Shown here: in pieces, positions 46,283 through 55,442 of the stretch | How the letters are laid out: every line of letters begins with the position of its first letter | Numbering within the stretch: the first letter of the stretch is position 1 | Assembly: GCA_041675085.1 (NCBI GenBank) | Contig: JBAYUN010000002.1 | Location: 79,967 to 143,966 of the forward strand | Source: Minisyncoccota bacterium | Lineage (GTDB): Bacteria > Patescibacteriota > Minisyncoccia > Phycocordibacterales > UBA9973 | Reading direction: 5' to 3' | DNA length: 64,000 nt | Made by a program: the position numbers and the translations under genes | The notes under the pieces: model-generated | What the model was told of the DNA's origin: nothing | What the model saw: the letters and a program-made list of their open reading frames with translations, nothing else | The model's database searches: none

Positions 46283-46432
46283 ATGAAATTGATACTTGGA
46301 TTTATTGGAATAGTTGCGGTCTTATGGCTATTATGGTTTTTCTCTGGTGGCCCTAGAAAATTTGAAGAAAACCCTCAAGGTAAATTTATCCGACCTCTAC
46401 AGATAGACGCTCCAGCTGAAACTTACGACTAA
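46283..46432 (+). CDS. Possible 49-aa small membrane protein
   Basis: MKLILGFIGIVAVLWLLWFFSGGPRK... This short ORF in an otherwise empty 200-nt gap is not in the >=60 aa track. Confidence 0.25.
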   Translation: MKLILGFIGIVAVLWLLWFFSGGPRKFEENPQGKFIRPLQIDAPAETYD

Positions 46433-46440
46433 TTTTAAGT

Positions 46441-46917
46441 TTAGATTTTCAAAACTCCATACAAGAATACGCCCAAAGATACTGAGACATTGAGGGACTC
46501 CTTTTTTCCTTTCATGGGTATCTCGCCTATGACGTCGGCTTTATCTAAAATCTTTTTATCTACTCCGGTAACTTCGTTACCTACGATAAAAATATTCTTC
46601 TCGCCGAGTTTTATTTTCTTATAATGAATAGATCTTTTGTCTTGCTCCAAGCAGATTATTTTGTATCCTTCGCGTGATAACTTTGTTAAAAGAGGTATTA
46701 AGCTTTTTTTGTATTCCCAAGGTACAGACTCCTCAGCACCGAGAGCGGATTTAGCGATATCATTACGCTTTTTACCGAATCTATCGACAGGGCTCGCAGT
46801 ATAGCCAGTAATATATATCTTATCGATACCGGTAGCGTCAGCCGTCCGGAACATAGCTCCGACGTTTTCCGTACTACGAATATCATTAAGTATTAAAACA
46901 TTTGTTTGTTTTTTCAT
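46441..46917 (-). CDS. SpoU/TrmH-family RNA 2'-O-methyltransferase
   Basis: 158 aa with the SPOUT motifs ENVGAMFRTADATG and IVGNEVTGV. Confidence 0.75.
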   Translation of the reverse strand: MKKQTNVLILNDIRSTENVGAMFRTADATGIDKIYITGYTASPVDRFGKKRNDIAKSALGAEESVPWEYKKSLIPLLTKLSREGYKIICLEQDKRSIHYKKIKLGEKNIFIVGNEVTGVDKKILDKADVIGEIPMKGKKESLNVSVSLGVFLYGVLKI

Positions 46918-46918
46918 A

Positions 46919-48295
46919 TTATTTCAAAAAATTCTTACCACGCATTTGTTTATGATACGTTATCGCGAATCTGTGCGCTTCGTTGTTTACCAATATTATC
47001 TCTCTTTTATATTTATTTATAAAGGTCGAACCTTGGACTCCCTTAAGGTTCGACCTTGGGGAGAGAGTTAATTTCGCTACTTTATGTCTATTGTCTTTAG
47101 TCACAGCTACGACTTTGATATCAAGATTATTTTCTCTCAATACTTTCTCTGCCGTATTTATCTGAGCTGTACTACCGTCGACTACTATAAACGAAGGCAA
47201 GGTCCATTCTGTATGCTTTAGCCTTCTCTCCAAGACTTCTCTCAAAGCTCCCGTATCGTTAGCGTCACTCTGTGTTCGGATTTTGAATTTCTTGTATTCA
47301 TTTTTAGCAACTTCGCCATCTTCAATAACAGTCATAACTCCGACCATATTCTGTCCGCTCATATGCGCTATGTCATAGGCTTCTATGCGAAAAGAGAAAT
47401 TTTGGATATGCTTGGAGGAGTATTCGCTACCGCCAGATAAATCTTGAGGATTCAAGATAGAGTGCGAACGACGGAGAGCATTTCCAAAATTTTGATTTTC
47501 GTATTTATCATCCCCTTTTATTAATGCAATATCATTAATATGATTTAGTGCAAAAATCTTTCTTTTTATTTCTCCAGCTTTTTCAAATTCTAATTTCTTA
47601 GCATGGATCTTCATCTCGCGATTTAGATCTATGATAATATCTTTCTTCTTACCGTTTAGGAAAAGAATAATATGTTTAATATTTCTCAAGTACTCTTTTT
47701 TATTTTCTTCACTAGGGACGAGTTTTATCTGTTTATAAAATTCTTTATAGTTTTTAGTCTTGTCGTCATAAAATGGAAATATTTTCCTGATGATTTTGAG
47801 AGCTTCACGAAGCTGACCGCCATTCGTATAAGGGCCAAAGACTTTTTTATAATCACTCTTATCTAAGTTCTTGCCTCTTAGAACTAAGACTTTAGGTAAT
47901 TCGTCCCCGCCTGCATCGCTATGCGAAGCATTTCGGGCAGGTTTTGTAATACAAACATAATTAAAGCTCTTGTCAGACTTCTCTTTGGTATTGTAATATG
48001 GTTGATGCTTTTTTATTAAATTAGCTTCTAGTATCAAAGCTTCAAGGACGCTCGGAGTCTCTATCCATTCGATATTCTCTGCTTTAAAAACCATATCTAC
48101 GAGCAAAGGACCACGAGTATCTATCAAATCCTTACCAAAATAACTACGCACCCTGTCTTTTAGGCTTGTGGCTTTACCGATATATAAAATATTAGAAGAA
48201 AAACCCTCCTTCGCATAAAGCTTCGGATGGGCGAGAAACAGGTAAACTCCTGGCTTGTCGGGTAAATCGTAAGTTTTGAAAGTTTGACTTTTCAT
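46919..48295 (-). CDS. uvrC: Excinuclease ABC subunit C (short form)
   Basis: N-terminal GIY-YIG (GVYLFL...LYIGKATSLKDRVRSYF) and an endonuclease V-like C-terminal region with NNEAHRF. 458 aa, so the C-terminal HhH region is absent or short. Confidence 0.75.
   Translation of the reverse strand: MKSQTFKTYDLPDKPGVYLFLAHPKLYAKEGFSSNILYIGKATSLKDRVRSYFGKDLIDTRGPLLVDMVFKAENIEWIETPSVLEALILEANLIKKHQPYYNTKEKSDKSFNYVCITKPARNASHSDAGGDELPKVLVLRGKNLDKSDYKKVFGPYTNGGQLREALKIIRKIFPFYDDKTKNYKEFYKQIKLVPSEENKKEYLRNIKHIILFLNGKKKDIIIDLNREMKIHAKKLEFEKAGEIKRKIFALNHINDIALIKGDDKYENQNFGNALRRSHSILNPQDLSGGSEYSSKHIQNFSFRIEAYDIAHMSGQNMVGVMTVIEDGEVAKNEYKKFKIRTQSDANDTGALREVLERRLKHTEWTLPSFIVVDGSTAQINTAEKVLRENNLDIKVVAVTKDNRHKVAKLTLSPRSNLKGVQGSTFINKYKREIILVNNEAHRFAITYHKQMRGKNFLK
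47022..47057. repeat. 36-bp perfect-arm palindromic element inserted in-frame in uvrC
   Basis: aaggtcgaacctt-ggactccc...aaggttcgacctt. It encodes ...RSNLKGVQGS... inside UvrC. Confidence 0.6.
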
Positions 48296-48356
48296 AGAAA
48301 CACTATAGTATATAAAATGGATAATGTAAATTTGTTAACGCATAAAATTTTAAATA

Positions 48357-48662
48357 ATGAAATATTTTAGATTCATAATAATAGGACTTTTGTATCTATT
48401 AAAAGATTTATTCTATATAGTATTGGTTCAACCAATAGTAGAATTTTTAGAAGCAATAAAAAAAATTGCTGATGAATTACTAAACATAGTGGCGAGTGCG
48501 CCATACATCAAGGTCTTTCATGAGTTTTTGGCTTTTGGACCAATCACAGTTACAAATCTTTTTCTAAAAGAAGAAAGCAAGTACATAAAAGCCGCAAATT
48601 TTTTAAAAAACTTCAAAACCTCAACCGAGGATACTAACATCTTTAACAAAAAGATTAAATAA
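48357..48662 (+). CDS. Hypothetical small protein
   Basis: 101-aa ORF in the uvrC-uvrA gap, with a hydrophobic N-terminus. Confidence 0.3.
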   Translation: MKYFRFIIIGLLYLLKDLFYIVLVQPIVEFLEAIKKIADELLNIVASAPYIKVFHEFLAFGPITVTNLFLKEESKYIKAANFLKNFKTSTEDTNIFNKKIK

Positions 48663-48717
48663 AATTAGAAAAAAATTAAAACAAAATCGATTCCATTATA
48701 CAATGAAGTCGATTTTT

Positions 48718-51354
48718 TTATTTCCGTAAAACTTTTTTCAAATATTTGCCTGTATGAGATTTTGGAGTATTGGCTATCTGTTCTGGAGTACCTTTAGCTA
48801 CCAGTGTCCCTCCACCTATTCCCCCTTCAGGTCCAATATCAATAACATAGTCAGAACATTTTACGATGTCTAGATTGTGTTCAATTAAAACTACAGTATT
48901 GCCTTTAGTCACTAATTTATTTAAAACTTCGAGAAGCTTCGCAACGTCATCATAGTGCAATCCCACAGTCGGCTCGTCGAGTAGATAGATAGTCTTTTCT
49001 AAATGCGGACGATAAAGTTCACTTGAGATTTTTACTCTTTGAGCTTCACCTCCAGAGAGAGTTGTCGCTGACTGACCGAGCTCGAGATAACCTAGTCCTA
49101 CGTCTATAAGAGTACTTAATCTATCATGCACCGCTGGAATATCTTTGAAGAATACAACAGCCTCTTCGACAGTCATACGCAAAACTTCATAAATATTTTT
49201 CTTTTTATATTTTACAGTTAAAGTCTCTTTGTCGAATCTTTTACCAAGACAGACGTCGCAAGTCACATACACAGTAGGCAAGAAATGCATCTCAACAGCT
49301 ATCTCACCGTTACCCTCACAAGCCTCACAACGTCCACCTTTAACGTTGAAAGAGAAACGATTGGACTTCCATCCACGCAAGCGAGCTTCGTCGGTAGTCG
49401 CGAATAAATCTCTAATATGAGTAAAGGTTCCAGTATAAGTCGCTATATTTGACCTCGGAGTACGTCCTATCGGGGATTGATCTATCAATATCACACGAGA
49501 GAGGTATTCAGTTCCAGAAAAAGAACTGCAGTTGAAAACTTGAGCTGAGCGGTATTTGCGCTCATAGCGAGCTTGAAGATTTTTGAATAAAATCTCATAC
49601 ATAAAAGAACTTTTACCTGATCCTGAAACTCCAGTAATAGAAGTCATAACTCCAATAGGTACGTCGACGTTCATGTTGTCGATATTAAAAACTTTACCTC
49701 CAACAATACGTAAATGACCTTTGGCTTCGCGACGACGTTCTGGAATTTCTATTTTTATTTCTTCTCTTAGATATCCTAAAGTTCTAGAATTATTTGTATT
49801 CTTTTTAGCGGTCAATAAGTCTTCTAGATATCCAATAGCGACGACTTCCCCTCCATGCACTCCAGCCTTCGGTCCGATGTCTACGATATAATCCGACGCA
49901 TAAATAGTATCTTCATCATGCTCTACTACAAGAATAGTATTTCCTAAATCTCTCAAGTCGAGCAAAGTCTTTATCAATCTATCATTATCTCTCTGATGCA
50001 GTCCGATAGTCGGTTCATCGAGCACATACAAAGCTCCTACGAGTCTAGAGCCTAATTGAGAAGCGAGACGAATACGCTGAGCTTCACCTCCAGAGAGAGT
50101 ATTGGCCTTACGAGATAATTGCAAATAGTCGAGCCCTACGTCTAACATGAATTCTAAGCGAGCTTCTATCTCTTTGATAACCGGCAAAGATATCTCTGCT
50201 TCTTTCTCTGTAAGTTTTAAATTCTTGAAAAATTGATAAGCGTCATTAATAGATAATGATGATAGGTCTAAAATATTAACTCGGTTTTTATTTATTTCTT
50301 TTTTACCTTTAGGTGCAGCAGTTTTAATATCAGAATAAAGAAAAACATTCAAAGCCTCGACGCGTAGTCGAGCTCCTTTACAAGTATCACAAGGTTCATC
50401 TCCGCCAAAGTATTTAGAACCCAAACCGTTACAATCCGGACAAGCTCCATAAGGAGAATTGAAAGAGAAAAGTCTAGGCTCTACTTCTGGGAAAGAATAT
50501 CCGTCATTCTTACAAGCGAATTTCGCCGACATAATAAATTCTTCATCTCCTATCTTTATATTCACAAGTCCATCAGATTCTAAAAGAGAACGCTCGAGAG
50601 CTTCCGATAGTCTCATACGAGAACCTTCTTTATCATCAGTGAATTCATGCACCATAAAATTATCTACCAAGATATCTATGTTGTGAGCTTTATTCTTTGA
50701 TAGAGTTATCTGCTCGCGAAGATTTTTCATAGCACCGTCGAGTCGAATCTGAGAAAAACCTTTACCAAGTAAATCATAGAGCAATTGATAGTACTCGCCT
50801 TTCCTACCGCGGACTACAGGAGAGAAAATGCTAATCTCTATTTCATTCCATTCTACACCGAGAACTTTTTTATTATTTTTAGTATTTTTAGAAAGCGTAT
50901 TTATTTTCTCTAAAATAAAATTCAAAATTTCTTCATTAGAAAGTTTCTTGATCTCTTCGCCACATTCTGGACAATGAGGGTGTCCGATACGGGCATACAT
51001 AACACGAAGATAATCGTATATCTCGGTGATAGTCGCGACGGTCGAACGTGGATTATTGCTACGTGATTTTTGATCGATAGAAATAGCTGGAGAAAGTCCA
51101 GTGATTTCGTCCACGTCAGGCTTTGGCATTTGATTCAAGAATTGGCGAGCATAAGAAGACAGACTCTCTACATAGCGTCTCTGCCCTTCTGCGAAAATAG
51201 TATCGAAAGCAAGTGACGACTTCCCAGACCCAGAAACTCCAGTAATAACCACCATTTTATTGCGTGGCATAACCACAGAGATATTCTTTAGATTATGAGT
51301 CCGAGCTCCTTTAACCACTATTTCTTCTATATTTTTGTTTTCTTTTTTAGCCAT
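48718..51354 (-). CDS. uvrA: Excinuclease ABC subunit A
   Basis: 878 aa with two ABC ATPase modules (GVSGSGKSS twice, LSGGE signature twice) and zinc-finger Cys clusters. Confidence 0.9.
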   Translation of the reverse strand: MAKKENKNIEEIVVKGARTHNLKNISVVMPRNKMVVITGVSGSGKSSLAFDTIFAEGQRRYVESLSSYARQFLNQMPKPDVDEITGLSPAISIDQKSRSNNPRSTVATITEIYDYLRVMYARIGHPHCPECGEEIKKLSNEEILNFILEKINTLSKNTKNNKKVLGVEWNEIEISIFSPVVRGRKGEYYQLLYDLLGKGFSQIRLDGAMKNLREQITLSKNKAHNIDILVDNFMVHEFTDDKEGSRMRLSEALERSLLESDGLVNIKIGDEEFIMSAKFACKNDGYSFPEVEPRLFSFNSPYGACPDCNGLGSKYFGGDEPCDTCKGARLRVEALNVFLYSDIKTAAPKGKKEINKNRVNILDLSSLSINDAYQFFKNLKLTEKEAEISLPVIKEIEARLEFMLDVGLDYLQLSRKANTLSGGEAQRIRLASQLGSRLVGALYVLDEPTIGLHQRDNDRLIKTLLDLRDLGNTILVVEHDEDTIYASDYIVDIGPKAGVHGGEVVAIGYLEDLLTAKKNTNNSRTLGYLREEIKIEIPERRREAKGHLRIVGGKVFNIDNMNVDVPIGVMTSITGVSGSGKSSFMYEILFKNLQARYERKYRSAQVFNCSSFSGTEYLSRVILIDQSPIGRTPRSNIATYTGTFTHIRDLFATTDEARLRGWKSNRFSFNVKGGRCEACEGNGEIAVEMHFLPTVYVTCDVCLGKRFDKETLTVKYKKKNIYEVLRMTVEEAVVFFKDIPAVHDRLSTLIDVGLGYLELGQSATTLSGGEAQRVKISSELYRPHLEKTIYLLDEPTVGLHYDDVAKLLEVLNKLVTKGNTVVLIEHNLDIVKCSDYVIDIGPEGGIGGGTLVAKGTPEQIANTPKSHTGKYLKKVLRK

Positions 51355-51388
51355 AAAAACGTATTATAACACAAAAATACAACTTTTT

Positions 51389-53596
51389 CTATTTCCCCAT
51401 TCGGACTTTTAGAACACCTATCTCATCTCTTAGTATTGCAGCGGTTTCGAAGTCTAGCTCTTTGACTGCTTTAGACATTTCTTTCTCTTTTATTTTTATG
51501 ATTTTCTCATAGACTACGTTACTCCTCTCTTCGTCAGACATATGGAGTTTTACTTCTACTTTGTCTTTTGTTTTAGTTACTTTACTGTTGTCTTGTTTTA
51601 ATTCTTTGGCATAAGCGCGCTTGAATATTTCCAAATCTAAATCAAGTTCAGCGTTCACAGCTTTACCGTGCTCACTCTCCATCTCTTCAGTAATATCTTT
51701 AATATTTTTTAAAATAGTTTTCGGAGTGATGCCATTCTTTTTATTGAAGGCTATTTGAGTATTGCGGCGACGAATAGTTTCTTTGAGTGCTCTCTCCATA
51801 GAACCCGTGAGACGATCGGCATAAAGAATAACCCTACCCTCAGAGTTACGCGCCGCACGACCGATAGTCTGAATCAATGAAGTTTCACTACGCAAGAAAC
51901 CTTCTTTATCAGCGTCAAGAATACCGATTAACGCTACTTCGGGTAAGTCTAAACCTTCACGGAGCAAGTTGACCCCGACTAAAACATCGTATTTACCTTT
52001 ACGAAACTCAGTCAATATCCGTATTCTATCTAAAGTTTTGATATCACTATGCAAATATTCGGCTTTTATCTTTTTGTCTTTTAGATAATTGGTCAAATCT
52101 TCAGCCATCTTCTTGGTCAAAGTCGTAGCCAAAACACGAAAACCTTTCTTTATAGTTATCTCGGCTTCTTTTATAAAATCTTGAATCTGACCAGGGTAAA
52201 TTGAATTTCCAGAGGTCGGACCTCGGGACCCCTTGAGGTCCGACCTCAAATCTGCAGATACAGGTCTAACAATAGTCTCCGGATCAATAAGCCCAGTCGG
52301 ACGAATGATTTGCTCTACAATTTTCTCACTCATATCTCTCTCTTGTTCGCCTGGTGTAGCCGACACGTACACAACTTGGCCTATCCTAGGTTCGAATTCT
52401 TCATAACGAAGAGGCCTATTATCTTTTGCTGAAGGCAAACGAAATCCATATTCAACCAGTGTATTCTTGCGAGATCTGTCACCCGCATACATGCCTCCAA
52501 GTTGAGGCAAGGTCACATGAGATTCATCGATGATAGTCAAAAATTCTGGATTACCATTCTTGTCATGAGGAAAATATGAGAGCAAAGTCTCTGGCGGTTC
52601 GCCTTCTTTTTTGCCTGACAGATGACGAGAATAGTTCTCGATACCAGAGCAGTACCCTACTTCTTTTATCATAGCTAGATCATAATTCGTACGTCTCTTG
52701 ATTCTTTCAGCTTCAAGTAATTTCCCTTCCTTTTTAAAATATTTTAATTGAACATCTAATTCTTTTTTGATATCTATTAGAGCTTTTTTAGTCTTGACGT
52801 CTTCGGTGATAAAGTGCTTGGCTGGGAAAATAAAAATACTTTCTTCTTCTTTCAAGACAATAGAAGATACTGGATCAGTCTTTGTAATTGAAAGAATTTG
52901 CATTCCAGAGGTCGGACCTCGGGACCCCTTGAGGTCCGACCTCAAAGATCCCAATTCAATAGAATACATCAAAGTCTCAGAGACTGGCATGAATTCTACC
53001 TTGGTGCCTACCGCTCGAAAACTACCAGGGGTCAGGTCGGCATTGGTACGCTCAAAATGAATACCAATGAGCTTCTTCATCAAAGTTAAACGGTCGATCT
53101 TCATTCCGATTTCGAGTTTTAAATTTGTCTTCTCGTACTCTTCTGGACTACCAAGACCATAAATACAAGATACGGACGCGACTATAACAACGTCACGACG
53201 AGTGAGTAATGCCTGAGTAGTAGCATGGCGTAGTCTATCTATCTCTTTATTTATCTGAGCGTCTTTTTCAATAAAAGTATCGGATGCTGGCATATAAGCT
53301 TCTGGTTGATAGTAGTCATAATAAGATACAAAGTAATGCACCGCAGCATCAGGGAAAAAAGCTTTGAACTCTTGAGCGAGTTGAGCGGCTAGGGTTTTAT
53401 TGTGAGCTATTATTAGAGTCGGCTTGTTGTGCTCTAGAATAACGTTGGCCATAGTAAAAGTCTTACCGGTACCTGTCGCACCGAGCAAGGTTTGTTTCTG
53501 TAGGCCCTTGTTTAAACCTTCTACCAATTCCGTTATGGCTTTGGGTTGATCTCCCGCAGGCTTGAATTCACTTTGTAATTTGAAAATTTTGTTCAC
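51389..53596 (-). CDS. uvrB: Excinuclease ABC subunit B
   Basis: Helicase motifs GATGTGKTF and DESH, a beta-hairpin region and the C-terminal UVR domain. It carries two identical in-frame peptide insertions, SDLKGSRGPTSG. Confidence 0.9.
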   Translation of the reverse strand: MNKIFKLQSEFKPAGDQPKAITELVEGLNKGLQKQTLLGATGTGKTFTMANVILEHNKPTLIIAHNKTLAAQLAQEFKAFFPDAAVHYFVSYYDYYQPEAYMPASDTFIEKDAQINKEIDRLRHATTQALLTRRDVVIVASVSCIYGLGSPEEYEKTNLKLEIGMKIDRLTLMKKLIGIHFERTNADLTPGSFRAVGTKVEFMPVSETLMYSIELGSLRSDLKGSRGPTSGMQILSITKTDPVSSIVLKEEESIFIFPAKHFITEDVKTKKALIDIKKELDVQLKYFKKEGKLLEAERIKRRTNYDLAMIKEVGYCSGIENYSRHLSGKKEGEPPETLLSYFPHDKNGNPEFLTIIDESHVTLPQLGGMYAGDRSRKNTLVEYGFRLPSAKDNRPLRYEEFEPRIGQVVYVSATPGEQERDMSEKIVEQIIRPTGLIDPETIVRPVSADLRSDLKGSRGPTSGNSIYPGQIQDFIKEAEITIKKGFRVLATTLTKKMAEDLTNYLKDKKIKAEYLHSDIKTLDRIRILTEFRKGKYDVLVGVNLLREGLDLPEVALIGILDADKEGFLRSETSLIQTIGRAARNSEGRVILYADRLTGSMERALKETIRRRNTQIAFNKKNGITPKTILKNIKDITEEMESEHGKAVNAELDLDLEIFKRAYAKELKQDNSKVTKTKDKVEVKLHMSDEERSNVVYEKIIKIKEKEMSKAVKELDFETAAILRDEIGVLKVRMGK
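52213..52248. repeat. 36-bp perfect palindromic element inserted in-frame in uvrB (copy 1)
   Basis: gaggtcggacctc-gggacccctt-gaggtccgacctc. The 44-nt segment ttccagag...ctcaaa is identical to copy 2. Confidence 0.65.
52908..52943. repeat. 36-bp perfect palindromic element inserted in-frame in uvrB (copy 2)
   Basis: Identical to the copy at 52213. The UvrB alignment context (IVRPVS...GQIQDF) indicates extra residues relative to canonical UvrB. Confidence 0.65.
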
Positions 53597-53886
53597 AAGA
53601 TTATATTAGCATAAAAATAAGAAAGGTCCGTATCGTGAGATAAGGACCTTTTTATATTGTGTGCAACTAAAAGTTGCGATGGTTAATTTGGTTTGAGGAT
53701 TGTTTGTTTAAGTTTTGGGTGATCGAATAATCGATCAACTTTTGGAAACAATCCTATAGGAACATTTGTATATATTATAGACCACTGACACATTCCCGCA
53801 ATGATTAAAATGTGGATAACTAATTTAACTTAAAAAGCTTGATTTTTAGCTTTATTTAATATATATTTTAATAGTTATAAATAAAT

Positions 53887-53912
53887 GTGCTCGTAGCTCA
53901 GTTGTAGCGGTT
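53887..53912 (+). repeat. Degenerate partial copy of the tRNA-Lys 5' end (acceptor plus D arm), 43 nt upstream of the intact gene
   Basis: Compare gtgctcgtagctcagttgtagcgg with gcgctcgtagctcagtcggtagagc at 53955. Confidence 0.55.
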
Positions 53913-53954
53913 TCAACTGAAATATATAGCAAAATAAAATTTAATAAAAAATAT

Positions 53955-54027
53955 GCGCTCGTAGCTCAGTCGGTAGAGCAGCTCCCTTTTAAGGAGATGG
54001 TCGAAGGTTCGATTCCTTCCGAGCGCA
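53955..54027 (+). tRNA. tRNA-Lys (anticodon TTT)
   Basis: gcgctcg-ta-gctcagtcggtagagc-a-gctcc-ctTTTaa-ggaga-tggtc-gaaggttcgattccttc-cgagcgc-a. Confidence 0.85.
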
Positions 54028-54028
54028 C

Positions 54029-54277
54029 ATGGTAAATGAAACATTCACTTTAAAAAAACAAATCAATGAATCTACAACTGAAAACCCAATTTCAGCAAGA
54101 GAGGCAAAATTATTAGAAATTCAAAGACAAGAAAACAAATTCAAAATATACATAGAAGAGTTAAAAACTAGCACTCCCTCAGAAGGAAGAAGTCAGGAAG
54201 ATATAAGAAAAATTTTTGAAAAAATAGAACAAAAAATGAATGAAAATTTTGAAGAAATAAGAAAAAGCTTAGAATAG
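54029..54277 (+). CDS. Hypothetical charged coiled-coil protein
   Basis: 82-aa ORF beginning 2 nt after tRNA-Lys, rich in K/E. Confidence 0.35.
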   Translation: MVNETFTLKKQINESTTENPISAREAKLLEIQRQENKFKIYIEELKTSTPSEGRSQEDIRKIFEKIEQKMNENFEEIRKSLE

Positions 54278-54283
54278 TTAGGT

Positions 54284-54928
54284 TTATAAAACCTCCAATA
54301 AAAACCTCTCAAAAACAATCTCCGCATCTTTGCCTTTTCGCCTAGCCTCAGGCAATAAATATGAAATCTTATTTGCAATATCTTGCAAATCTTTTTCTGT
54401 ATATTTACTGAAATTTTTCTTTAATATCATATCTTTAACTTTCCAAAAAAGCACTCCAGTTAACTCCTCTAACCCTACCCCGAGATCTACAGCCTGGCGA
54501 TAATAAAGCCATAACTTTATTTTATCTTTTAATGCGAAAGCATCGGCTAAAAGAAAATTATTAAACTTTTCTTTTTGTTCTTTTCTTAATTCAAAAATAT
54601 TAATAGTGGCTTTAACTTTTTCAAATTCATTTAAGACTGGTTTCAATAATTTTCCCTCTGAAAAAATAAAGATATTATTTGAGGCTTGGAACAGATCCAA
54701 GTTGTCTAAAATAAAAGTAGCGTTATCTTTATTATCTAAAATATTCAAAAATACCACTACGCTCTGTGCATCAAAAAGACTAGAACCTGAATAAAGGCTC
54801 TCTATCTCCATTTTATTAAAATTATTTTTACTGATAGAGATAACAGGCAACGTACCAAAACTTTTCAAAAAAGCCTCGTATTGTTTTATTTTGTTTTGAG
54901 CATCGTCCCCCGCAAAAAGATATATCAT
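54284..54928 (-). CDS. Possible DNA polymerase III delta subunit (HolA-like)
   Basis: 214 aa. The N-terminal MIYLFAGDDAQ pattern and its position adjacent to polA suggest HolA, but the similarity is weak. Confidence 0.35.
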   Translation of the reverse strand: MIYLFAGDDAQNKIKQYEAFLKSFGTLPVISISKNNFNKMEIESLYSGSSLFDAQSVVVFLNILDNKDNATFILDNLDLFQASNNIFIFSEGKLLKPVLNEFEKVKATINIFELRKEQKEKFNNFLLADAFALKDKIKLWLYYRQAVDLGVGLEELTGVLFWKVKDMILKKNFSKYTEKDLQDIANKISYLLPEARRKGKDAEIVFERFLLEVL

Positions 54929-54929
54929 T

Positions 54930-55421
54930 TTAAAACTTAACTATTTTTTTATATTTACGATAAGCATCGCCAAACTTTTTCTCAAGCTCGAGTTCTTGTT
55001 TTTTTACAAAAGTATATTTAGTTATAAAAAATGTAAAGAAAGTTAGAACAATCACAAAGAAAGAATTAATAATGAATCCAAAACCCATCACAGCTAAAAA
55101 CAAACCAAAATGTGTAGGAGTCCTAGTATAGCAATACGGCCCTCGGCAAAAATGCTCTTCGTTCACATCTTCTTTGTGTAATAAATCTATAGAACTATTT
55201 TGTGCCCAAAAAACTAAAATACTAGAAAAAACCAAAAACATAATACCAACAAAAACCATTATAGAATCATGAAAAATTTTAATTGGAAATAAGAAATCCA
55301 AAAAAATACCCAAGATTAAAGCAAATAGATGTACTAAATAAGAATAAGACAAAGATGAATGCACCGCATGGTCTTTGTGCTTGTTATGCTTGAGATTTAA
55401 TTTATTGTCTACTTTGTCCAT
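54930..55421 (-). CDS. Isoprenylcysteine carboxyl methyltransferase / phospholipid methyltransferase-family membrane protein
   Basis: Four TM helices and the C-terminal motif EELELEKKFGDAYRKYKKIV. Confidence 0.5.
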   Translation of the reverse strand: MDKVDNKLNLKHNKHKDHAVHSSLSYSYLVHLFALILGIFLDFLFPIKIFHDSIMVFVGIMFLVFSSILVFWAQNSSIDLLHKEDVNEEHFCRGPYCYTRTPTHFGLFLAVMGFGFIINSFFVIVLTFFTFFITKYTFVKKQELELEKKFGDAYRKYKKIVKF

Positions 55422-55442
55422 AATGTAATTATAACATAAAAG

